Positions 6,357 to 15,600 of a stretch of DNA of 28,296 bases are shown one piece after another; the first letter of the stretch is position 1; each line of letters begins with the position of its first letter. A program made the position numbers and the translations under genes. The notes under the pieces were generated by a model. The model had not been told where the DNA came from, did not search any database, and saw only the letters and a program-made list of their open reading frames with translations. Source of the stretch: a virus (Duplodnaviria; Caudoviricetes); IMG/VR virus record IMGVR_UViG_3300009037_000184, positions 1 to 28,296 of that record. One strand, given 5' to 3'.

Positions 6357-6683
6357 TCAATCATCAATCCTTGTTTTTAATAATCCATCGGTATGGGACT
6401 TGGAATTTCCGTTCATTGTTTCCAGGTATTTCTCAACCCGACCCAAGGATTGAAACATCAATTCCTGCTTGATTTCTATACTAACCTGTTTGTCCTTCAT
6501 CTCTTTTTGGTTTATTTTAATGTCGGCAATATCGTGATACAGCGCATCATGGGTCGGTTTACACCATGCCTTATCAACCTTCGTGTCGTCCGTTTTTTTC
6601 AAGCGGAAATTAAGCATCGCCCACACCACGCCAATCAGCCCGACGCCGACCGCCGACGCTATACTTATTAATGTAGTAGTCAT
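6357..6683 (-). CDS. Small membrane protein (N-terminal TM + coiled coil), holin/lysis-associated
   Basis: TM segment LISIASAVGVGLIGVVWAML; AAGGAG RBS; upstream of the lysins. Confidence 0.6.
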   Translation of the reverse strand: MTTTLISIASAVGVGLIGVVWAMLNFRLKKTDDTKVDKAWCKPTHDALYHDIADIKINQKEMKDKQVSIEIKQELMFQSLGRVEKYLETMNGNSKSHTDGLLKTRIDD

Positions 6684-6708
6684 CAAAGTCTCCTTTATTA
6701 TTTACTGA

Positions 6709-7080
6709 CTATCCGCGCCATAAGACCAAAATTAAATTGACGACGCTTAATGCCAACCCGATGACGGAGATAAACAAAGTTGAGTTGAGCGCCGACTGAT
6801 TGGCTTTCCCTTCGAGTTGTGCCTTCGATAGTTCAAGGGATTTGATGGTCGCGTCCATCCGGGAAATCCGACCTTCAACCTCATCGCGGGTAATGAACCT
6901 TACCGACTGGTCCTTGAGCGCTTCCCGGAACTCGTTCATGCCGTCAAGTCTTTTTTCCATTGCGACCAGGGCCACGTCGCGGGCGCGGTCCGCCGCCTCG
7001 AATCTAACGTTGAAGTAGTCGCGCAGCTCGATCACTTTGCTGTCGAGAAAATCACGAAAACTTATTTGTTCATTGGTCAT
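6709..7080 (-). CDS. Coiled-coil protein with C-terminal TM helix (lysis-module, XhlA/holin-like)
   Basis: Heptad-rich body and a hydrophobic C-terminus (TLFISVIGLALSVVNLILVLW). Confidence 0.6.
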   Translation of the reverse strand: MTNEQISFRDFLDSKVIELRDYFNVRFEAADRARDVALVAMEKRLDGMNEFREALKDQSVRFITRDEVEGRISRMDATIKSLELSKAQLEGKANQSALNSTLFISVIGLALSVVNLILVLWRG

Positions 7081-7083
7081 TTA

Positions 7084-8703
7084 TTACCTCGTTAAAGTCC
7101 TTTCGATTGTATAATTCAAATAATCGCAGTCAACGATAATTCGAGCGGCAACAGGGGCGGTGTTCCAAGCAACCACGCCGGAAAACACTGTCGCGGCGGG
7201 GAAGGTCGTTAATGTCGAGGTCCAAAGAGACGCGCCGGCCGCCGAATAGATCGTATAGGTTATGGTATCTTTGGCGGCGTTGATAACAATCTCGCCGCGA
7301 TACCAGGTCGCGTCCGCGTAGGTGTAGGCGGTCGCGGTGGTCTGGACCCCGCCCCCGCCGTTCTGGGCCTTGCCCGCGATGGTGCCCGCGCCCTGGTCAA
7401 AGTAAAGCCAGATACCGTTACTTGGATCAGATACAGCGACCCCATCTTGCCAGCCTGCCCGCCAGCGGCTGTTACCGGATGCTCCATTGGTAGCCTTGAA
7501 AATAAACGTTATTTTTTCAGAACCACCAACAATAAAAGCGACTGATGTAGTGGCAATATAATAACCAGAATTGTTTCCCGTGGTGCTTCTCAGTGATATA
7601 ACACCCGGATGATCTACATTACCTGCAGCAACAACCATTGTGCCGGAGGCAATTGCAGCGCTTGAAAAAGGTGAGATGCCCCCAGCCGTAACCCCCAAGA
7701 AGTCAGTCTCATAGACAATTAACTTACGATAGCGGGCGTCGCCGCGTGCGTCGGTATGATATATGGAGTGGTCATCATCGCCGAGTCCCACCAAGCCGCC
7801 GTGGTCCTGTTGATCCCAACCAATGCCCAATGTCGCGCCGGAATTAATCGTCAGAACATATCCATCTGTGCTCCCCACCGATAGGCCGGCCGCCTCGCCA
7901 AGTCCGGTCCCCACCGCAATGTCTCCCACCGTATCAAACCACAACAATCCAGGGAGAGATTCGGTTGGACGAGGGATTAAAATCTGTGAGGGCGATTGGC
8001 TATAAGCAACGCCCGGAGATATTTTAATATCTACCGTGTCACCATTAGTCTGTCCCCCAATTTTAATCATAATGCTGTCTGTAGGTTCAACAGTAAACCC
8101 CGATTGTAGTGAGGAATCATCCATCTTCTGCATGAAGTCGTAGTCATCCGCAATAATATTACCACCGTTAAATGTAAATAATCCCGTTGTGGACCCATCA
8201 ATCGTCGAGCGTGAGTAAACGCTGTAAACAAGCCGACAGTCGCCCCGCGTTGTTCCAGTCAGTTTCGCGTAGGCCCAGATATCGAAATGCCAAATCCCTG
8301 GGGGGATACTTGTTGCGCCGGGGTACCCACCATCTATCGTATTAAACCCATAAAGCCCGTAGTCAACATCACCCCAATCGCCGCTTGCCCCAACCACATC
8401 ATCATAAGAGTGAACGTAAGTGGTTGTGTAAAGAGGGGCAGCCGTTGAAATTAAAGACATCAATTTGTTAACGGCATCTATATCAAGCACGTCGGGGTAA
8501 TAACCGATTGCGTTATCACGCCTTATAAACGTGGGGGTCAATCCGCTTCCGGTGATGTCCCCTACCGAATTAAACACCGGGACGTACCCATTAAGGTATT
8601 TTATGTCGGTATTGGATTTTGTTTGAGTGTCATGTTGATAGGCCGCAATCATTGCCAAGATTGCGACAACTAACGCCCCGATGAAGATAGCTTTTCGTTT
8701 CAT
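7084..8703 (-). CDS. Putative tail fibre/receptor-binding protein with N-terminal hydrophobic leader
   Basis: Position after the tail tip genes; Gly/Thr/Ser-rich. Contains DHGGLVGLGDDDHSIYHTDARGDARY and a GD..VG......L.VG..GYVLT fibre-type motif; C-terminal lectin-like beta domain. Confidence 0.65.
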   Translation of the reverse strand: MKRKAIFIGALVVAILAMIAAYQHDTQTKSNTDIKYLNGYVPVFNSVGDITGSGLTPTFIRRDNAIGYYPDVLDIDAVNKLMSLISTAAPLYTTTYVHSYDDVVGASGDWGDVDYGLYGFNTIDGGYPGATSIPPGIWHFDIWAYAKLTGTTRGDCRLVYSVYSRSTIDGSTTGLFTFNGGNIIADDYDFMQKMDDSSLQSGFTVEPTDSIMIKIGGQTNGDTVDIKISPGVAYSQSPSQILIPRPTESLPGLLWFDTVGDIAVGTGLGEAAGLSVGSTDGYVLTINSGATLGIGWDQQDHGGLVGLGDDDHSIYHTDARGDARYRKLIVYETDFLGVTAGGISPFSSAAIASGTMVVAAGNVDHPGVISLRSTTGNNSGYYIATTSVAFIVGGSEKITFIFKATNGASGNSRWRAGWQDGVAVSDPSNGIWLYFDQGAGTIAGKAQNGGGGVQTTATAYTYADATWYRGEIVINAAKDTITYTIYSAAGASLWTSTLTTFPAATVFSGVVAWNTAPVAARIIVDCDYLNYTIERTLTR

Positions 8704-8716
8704 CAAACACCCCCAA

Positions 8717-9505
8717 TTATTCCTGGGCCTCCGAATAAGTAACCAGGATGTTGTATGCTAATGCCCGCCAAGGACTACCTGTCCCTGACGCCATTGTTAA
8801 TTTCAGATCGCCAGTGGTACTATCAATCCATATCCTTCCCACGGCTGCTACTCCACTTATCAAAGTGAATGTATAGGTTAGATAAGGTTCTGTCGTCGAA
8901 TCGGCCCCGCCTTCAGCCGAGTAGAGCCAATCATCAAACAAGCAATAACTTGTAATTCCCGATCCGGCACCAGGAGCGTTATAAGAAGGAGTTCCGTGTG
9001 CTGCTATCTGAGAATGTATTTTTTTATCATAGGCAAGAATGTCTCCTAATGTGTAGCCATCCGTTCCCGATTCGTGTCCAGCAAGTAAAAGCCCACGCAC
9101 TTGAATATAACGAAACCGCCAATCAATGGTATCTTCAAGCACAATAGTGTATGGATAAGCGTCATCACCATTCCAACCATGAAAATGAATGATGTTGCCT
9201 CCAACGGCATGAAGATAATCCAAGTTCTCCCGTATTTTATCCATCAAGGTCTGATTCAGCGGGCTGTTTACGTCCGTCTCGCTTGCCGCGATTGAGGACC
9301 ACGCCCCGACAAAAACAAACAACATCTCCGGGCGTAAGATATCTAACTGATCGAGGATTGACAAGCAGCAGGCAATCATGGTCAAGACCAGGAGAATAAA
9401 TACCAACGACGGGCGGACCGGCCTGTACCCGATCACCCGGCCACTCTTTGTTTCCTCCGGGCGAATCGGCTGCCAGCCGGTTTTATTACTCCACTTCATC
9501 ATCAC
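8717..9505 (-). CDS. Putative minor tail protein
   Basis: AWSSIAASETDVNSPLNQTLMDKIRENLDYL is a segment typical of tail proteins following the hub gene. Start uncertain (9505/9502/9499, or 9325). Confidence 0.55.
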   Translation of the reverse strand: MMMKWSNKTGWQPIRPEETKSGRVIGYRPVRPSLVFILLVLTMIACCLSILDQLDILRPEMLFVFVGAWSSIAASETDVNSPLNQTLMDKIRENLDYLHAVGGNIIHFHGWNGDDAYPYTIVLEDTIDWRFRYIQVRGLLLAGHESGTDGYTLGDILAYDKKIHSQIAAHGTPSYNAPGAGSGITSYCLFDDWLYSAEGGADSTTEPYLTYTFTLISGVAAVGRIWIDSTTGDLKLTMASGTGSPWRALAYNILVTYSEAQE

Positions 9506-9512
9506 CCTCCCA

Positions 9513-11840
9513 TTACCATATCATATACCCATTTTCTTCGGCGACCAAATCTCCATCTCCGTCTAGGAGATTAGAAGCATCACCAATCCAAGCATACCGC
9601 CGGGCAAAATCATCGGCGGCTGAGCTATATAGTAACACAACTTCGACGCCAGCGGAATGGGATGCCGCGACAGCCGAAGTTCGATCCACACCCGTCAACC
9701 TGACAATCGTCCAACTCGACGACTCCTCAATTAAAGTAGCAGTCGTATAAGTAATTTCCTCCTCTTCAATTTCAATCTGATGAGGGTGCCCACCGCTGTC
9801 AAAGTCGTCAATCGTCATTGAAGTCCCACTAATGTCAACATCAATTGTCACGTCGTTTTCATCAATTGCATGGGCCAAGGTTGGATTGGGAGGCCCAATG
9901 GCAGCATATCTAAAGTTGCCGCCAAATCCGGCCTGTTCAAAAATTAACTTGATCCGGCTCCAGCCGTCCTTGACTTTTGACGTTAAAATATAAAAGACCT
10001 CTCTAAGCGTTCCACTGGCATCGGCGTCCTCGGCAATTTTAAGTTTGAGAAGGTCCATCAAACTGATATCATCGTCTTTCAATTCCAATGACGCCTCCAG
10101 TTTATTAATCCCCTCGTGGACGCGGGTATAAATATGATCGGCAACCCACTTGGCATCATCTGAGTCATCAAGCCACTCGCCATAAATATTCTGCTTCTGA
10201 ACGTCACCATAGACGTTTTCATTTTCAGCTTCAGCGTCACGGAACCCAGCAAGTCCCCAATAATCATCTTGGAGTTTGTCCTCGCCACTCGTTTTGGGAT
10301 CGGGTTTATAAGGACGATACCACACCTGAATGCGTGATTTGCGGGTTTTGTCGTTGCCAGTCCAAGTCTTTGTTCCTTTGACGATATCATCATCGGTAAT
10401 GACTTTGGAATAGGTTGTAATCGGCGGGACTTGGAGACTGACGTTAATTTTACCATCGGTGTCCGGCCAGACGTTGGCAAACGCGCACGCCCGCCACGTT
10501 TCAATCCGGCCAGCTACATCCTTTTCGCTCTCGAACCTGGCTTTAAACGATAACCCTGGATGCCAATGACCAAGAGCTTCCGTCACGCCGAACACCAACA
10601 CGGAATCGCCGGAAGTATGCGCGGCTGCCGTTGTTCCATACTGCCCCCGCCGGCAATTAATTAAATCGCCCGCCAAGGTTGCTCGAAACCAAATCGCCTC
10701 ATCGCCAATGCGAATAATTCCATACTCTGGTAAAGAATCAAGGCTGCTTACTGGGATGGTGGTGTCGTTGTCGTCAATATTATCCGTAATAGTAATATCG
10801 TGGTCGTAAGTCTTAATATAATCAATCCCAATTTTAGCATAAAACATCAACAGGTCCATAAGGCAGTGATCGGCCAACACCCGACTGCAATCAGTCCAAG
10901 TAGCGCCGTCGTCCTCAGCGTAAACTGTCACCTGCGCAATGTTTACATCAGCCTCATGGGCCACTGGATCAGTGCCATAAGCTCCACGGACCAATCCAGA
11001 AAATGTTGTCCCGCCAGCGGCAGCCGTACAGCTTGTGTAAGTGATATACTCATCTTCAATTTTGAGAGTTCGAGGCTGATTAACGGTCGCCACATCAAAC
11101 AAAGATGTGGCATCGAGTGTTTCCGATCCGTCGTCAATAATCAAAGACAGTGCATTGGCTGTAATTGCTGTTTTCAAAACAATAAAGTCTGAAACCTGCC
11201 CGGGGAACTTCCGATCCGACGCTTCCCACAAAAAGCTGCGAATCATAATCCTTGCGCCTTTGGGATTGACGGCAATATCATAAACCCCGCCGGTGAACTC
11301 CAATTCAAAATCATCGGGGTCCAAGTCCACAAACCCGCGATAGAACTTTGCCAACCGCATGGTGTAATTCTTGTTCCGCGCTTTCCACGTTACCCAAAAG
11401 CTGGCGCCATCAACTTCATTGAGAGAATAATCCCCAATGTTCTTTTCCGGGTTGGCAAGATCGTAACTGGACAACGGAAAATCGTCAAAGTCCAAACGAA
11501 GCTCACCCACTTCCGTTTTGAATTTCTCGGCGTTGACCTTAACCGGCAAATGGGTGACTTCCTTTTTCATTAAAGGGTATGCGCCGGGGATGTACGCCTC
11601 TCGATTACAAAACTTAAAGACCCGCGTCCCTTTAGTGTAATTCGGAGTGTCTTGGCAAGTAAACCAGGTGTAGTAACAAGGAACAACAGCGTTACATTCC
11701 CGAAATCCGCCGGAGGAAGCGTCGGACGACGCGCCGGAACCGATGCACGGATTGAGTTTGGTGCACATATCCATGTGCAGTTCCAGAAGGTAGCAGGGCT
11801 GGCGATAGACTTCAGCGCGTTTATCGTCCATTACAGTCAT
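9513..11840 (-). CDS. Tail tip/hub protein
   Basis: 775 aa, second gene after the tape measure. Cys-rich N-terminus and three copies of an 'I.I.DE.I.Y...RG.YGT...AH..G..V' module. Confidence 0.7.
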   Translation of the reverse strand: MTVMDDKRAEVYRQPCYLLELHMDMCTKLNPCIGSGASSDASSGGFRECNAVVPCYYTWFTCQDTPNYTKGTRVFKFCNREAYIPGAYPLMKKEVTHLPVKVNAEKFKTEVGELRLDFDDFPLSSYDLANPEKNIGDYSLNEVDGASFWVTWKARNKNYTMRLAKFYRGFVDLDPDDFELEFTGGVYDIAVNPKGARIMIRSFLWEASDRKFPGQVSDFIVLKTAITANALSLIIDDGSETLDATSLFDVATVNQPRTLKIEDEYITYTSCTAAAGGTTFSGLVRGAYGTDPVAHEADVNIAQVTVYAEDDGATWTDCSRVLADHCLMDLLMFYAKIGIDYIKTYDHDITITDNIDDNDTTIPVSSLDSLPEYGIIRIGDEAIWFRATLAGDLINCRRGQYGTTAAAHTSGDSVLVFGVTEALGHWHPGLSFKARFESEKDVAGRIETWRACAFANVWPDTDGKINVSLQVPPITTYSKVITDDDIVKGTKTWTGNDKTRKSRIQVWYRPYKPDPKTSGEDKLQDDYWGLAGFRDAEAENENVYGDVQKQNIYGEWLDDSDDAKWVADHIYTRVHEGINKLEASLELKDDDISLMDLLKLKIAEDADASGTLREVFYILTSKVKDGWSRIKLIFEQAGFGGNFRYAAIGPPNPTLAHAIDENDVTIDVDISGTSMTIDDFDSGGHPHQIEIEEEEITYTTATLIEESSSWTIVRLTGVDRTSAVAASHSAGVEVVLLYSSAADDFARRYAWIGDASNLLDGDGDLVAEENGYMIW

Positions 11841-12616
11841 TGTTCTTTACGCCCCTCTAATGAAAATTGCAAACTGCGGAATAACACTTGATTGTACGGT
11901 TGGGTGACGGTTTTGCCGCTGAATTTCATAAAGTACGTTTCAGTCGGGATGTCGGAGTCCCACATCCAAAAGAAAGGCAAACCCCGATGGGTCTGACGGA
12001 AAGGAATCCAGTCATCAGCAATAAATGCCGGCGTGAGATAGGGGTAACTGAACGACGGGTTCCGTTTCACAAAGGCAATGGATTCACCCAACAGCAGTCC
12101 CGATTCGCTGACCTGAGTGTCCCCAATCTCCTCACAACTATCAGGGTCCAGTCCGTTTGGGTCTGGATTGCGGGGGATTTCCAAATGTTCCCCGATGAAC
12201 ACAATCCCGATCTGCGGAGTAAAATTACCACCGCCGTTGTTATCAATGGTCAACTTCAGCAACGGGTAGTTCACGGAATTAAACTGATGCGCTTGGCAGT
12301 AATCATTAGTTGGAGTTTGATAAGCAACAATGGAGTTCCATGATGGAATTGAACTTCCATCATTCGATCCTTCCAATTTGTACCTGGCCCCGCAAGTATG
12401 GAGATTGTGCGCCATAATACACAAGGAGGTAATGCCCTCACCGGCGGAAGCGTCCAGTTCAAATTCAATTTCATAGGAGTTTGCGCCGGACGCTTTCCAA
12501 ATGCTAGTCTCACGCCAAGTAGCAATGTTGGAAACCGGATAACCTGCATCCTCAGATGAGGCTGCGATGGTTGATCGAGCCACGGCGTTGTCCCACATGA
12601 TTCTTGATTTACCCAT
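11837..12616 (-). CDS. Distal tail protein (galactose-binding-like N-terminal domain)
   Basis: ATG overlaps the tape-measure stop (TAATG at 12614-12618). ASSEDAGYPVSNI...W motif; position directly after the TMP. Confidence 0.7.
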   Translation of the reverse strand: MGKSRIMWDNAVARSTIAASSEDAGYPVSNIATWRETSIWKASGANSYEIEFELDASAGEGITSLCIMAHNLHTCGARYKLEGSNDGSSIPSWNSIVAYQTPTNDYCQAHQFNSVNYPLLKLTIDNNGGGNFTPQIGIVFIGEHLEIPRNPDPNGLDPDSCEEIGDTQVSESGLLLGESIAFVKRNPSFSYPYLTPAFIADDWIPFRQTHRGLPFFWMWDSDIPTETYFMKFSGKTVTQPYNQVLFRSLQFSLEGRKEQ

Positions 12617-15600
12617 TATCTCACCTGGATATCCACTCCCATTCCTTGGAGTTGATTGAACTCGGAAACCAATTCCCGCGTGAACTCGCCGAGGTCTTTG
12701 ATGATCCCGGCCTTGTCCGCCAACCGGCCCACGTCCACAACGTACTGGACCTTGCCGCCAAACTTGCCTTCTTTCTGAGCGCCAACATCGGGAGTCGGGG
12801 TTGTTGAGTACCCACCTCCGCCTCCGCCTCCACTGGCGGAGCTTCCACTTCCACTTACTTTCTTTCCCATCCCACCAAACAAAGAACCAAGTGTTTTTAA
12901 CGCCACTCCGCCGGCAATAACCGCCCATCCAGCAGGATCATGTTCAGCAACCATTGCCACGCCTTTAGTGACATAATAAGTTCCAAATGCGCCTGCCAGT
13001 GATCCAATTAATTCATAAGTCGCAGCAAGTATATCTTTATTCCGTGATTTCATTCCCAACATCATTGCTGCAAAATACTGCCCCATTGCCGATGACATTC
13101 CTTGTCCGAGTTGTTCATAACTATCACGAACGAGATCATGAAATGCAGTTGTATCAGCCAGAATCTTCTCCCAATGCTGGTAATTTGCATCTTCCTCCAA
13201 GAGACGGTCCTGCACTTCGTTTTCAGCCGCCAACTTTTTATTTCGCTGGAGTTCATCGTACAATCCCTTTTCAAAAATAGCAGCGTTCTCCCGAATCTGC
13301 GCCTTTCGATTCTCATCCTCCTGCGCCGCCGCTAAAAGAATTGCGGTGTTTGCTTGGAAATCATTCAGCCGCTTCATGTAGTCCAAGTTTTCCTTAGCAA
13401 ACGTAGCCTCCAATCCAACCAAGCCATTAGTCTGGATTTTTAGCCACTCCTCATTAACATGACGGTAAGCATCCACCGTCTTCTGAGCGTCAGCAATGTC
13501 ACGGTCATGCGTCCGCGCCTCATAATGTTGAGTTGCCGTAGCACTTGGACCTTTGCCAGTTTTAGATGGAACTGGAGCGAACGGCATGTGTTTCCCTTCA
13601 GATGCTAACTTTTCCATTTCAGGATCAACCGCAAACAATGGAGACGTTGCGTTTAACCCCGCCAAACCAGGACCGGACGGAGCGCCGATGTCTCGCACTT
13701 CTTTCAGGTACAACCGGAGATCGTCAATACCCTGTCGGGTAAATCCGCCCATGCCCTTCTCAAGCCGCTCGAAGTTAGCAATCAGTTGGTCCACCGTCAT
13801 ACCCGTAAGGTCCAATTCCTTCTTGTACCCACCAGACATGACATAATAAATCCGGTCCATCATGTCTGGAATGATAGAATTACGAACGACTCTATTATCA
13901 ACAGACTCATAGATTGCAATCATTTGGCTGGCCCATGATCTAGTAGAGGCAAGCATCCTTGCATAACCTGCCGCCATGACCGCCGTCATACTCCCCATCA
14001 TTCGAGCGATGATACTGGTTGACGTACTTGCCATTGATTGAAATTGTCCTTGGACCCCGGAGGACATCTCCCCCATCTTGGCCGTTGTAGAGGCCGTCAT
14101 GGCAGACACACCCGCCTCCGACGCCGCCGCGACCACCGTCCAACCAGCAGTCATACTTGCGGCCATTTGATCCATGCCCAAACCCTCGCCGCCGCTGACC
14201 AAATCTTTCCAGCTTGAGAAAATCGTGGTAACGCTCGCGGCGGCTGAAGCCAAGGGAGTGACCATCAGATCGGTAAGACGGCCAAACTCCTCCCCGATAG
14301 CATTAACCATATCAGGGACAATGGACCGGCCAACAAGCTCAACCGACATTTGTTTAACTGGATCAATCGCTGCTTGTGTTGCCGCCATCATTGCTGATGA
14401 CCACGGACCAGCGCTGGCAGATATAATACCTGCGGCTTGGTTCATTGTTGACTGTGTTTGAGTTACAACATCCTGCGCCATTGCAGTTGACGCTTGGGAC
14501 GTTGCTGGTGCCTTTCCTTGCACATCCGCTTGTGATTCCAATTGTTTCAATTCAGCCAGCATTGATTTTAACTCTGCAAGCCGGGCTTTAGCTTTCGCAG
14601 TGGAATCTACGCCCGTAACGCGCTCCAATTCGGCCCCGCCTTTTTCCCACACACCGGCATAGTTCTTCAGACCCTCCTCCAGCGGAGCGATTTGCGCTTC
14701 AATTTGAGTGCGGGCCGCGTCAAGATTTTTCACCCCGCCAACTGATTGAAGCAACTGAAGTTGGTCAAGCGACGACTCGTACTCCTTAATTTTAGCGTCA
14801 AACGCTGCTTTGCTTGGTATTCCAGTCAAGTCTTCAATCGAAGGGCCGGCAACGCCCTCCCCCAATTTCTTACCAAATTTATCACGGCCTAATTCGGCAA
14901 GGCGGTCCAATTCTTGCGATATAGTAGTGATTGATTCATGCAATTCCACCCGACCCTTCTTTATGTCCTCAGCTTTTAAGATTGATGCAAACGGAAGATC
15001 AGGCGCTTTAATATTAGCAAACTGACCAGTCGCCTTTTCCATTTCTTTAGCGGCGTCAGAAACCAACTGAGGCAACATTTCATTTATACTACTTAATACC
15101 TTTTTTAAGTCACCGCCATAATCCTTCTCCCAAAATTCAATCGTTTCTTTCCCAACTTGCTTTGACAAATCTTTATTCTTTCGTAACTGAGCCGTCGTTG
15201 TGATCCCACCATTTATTAACAATTGAAGATTATCACGGTCAGCCGTCATTTTAACGGCCATTTCATTTACTGCTAAAATCTTAGTGTCAGTAATATAACC
15301 ATTATAATCCTCAATCTGCTTACTGTATTCATAATCCGTAATCTCGCCAGCATTTCTTTGGTTGTTTAGATGCTGTATCTGAAGGCGAGATTCATCCTCT
15401 ATTTGTTTTTGATATGTCTTGATTGATTTCAATTGATCGGATTCAATTTGCTTACTTCCAGTAAGTGACGTAACATCAGGGCCATTCCCCAAATCGCGCA
15501 TTGCTTTGAAAAATTGAAATATTGGCGGTGGGCCAATCGCTCCTATTTTTTCCATAAGACGGAGAAATGTGCCAAGATCACTATTAACATCAGCCATAGC

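Noticed and set aside
7140-7410. GC-rich patch near the 3' end of the fibre-like gene as a possible DGR variable region
   Set aside because: No template repeat or reverse transcriptase is visible in the window; more likely ordinary mosaicism.
12203-12214. AATCCCGATCTG contains both the 8-nt spacer A (aatcccga) and the reverse complement of spacer B (ccgatctg) of the unit at 155
   Set aside because: The two halves overlap by 4 nt rather than abutting, which is incompatible with tandem pairing geometry; probably coincidence.
12617-12928. N-terminal extension of ORF 11837..12928
   Set aside because: It overlaps the tape measure gene out of frame; the TAATG-coupled start at 12616 is far more plausible.
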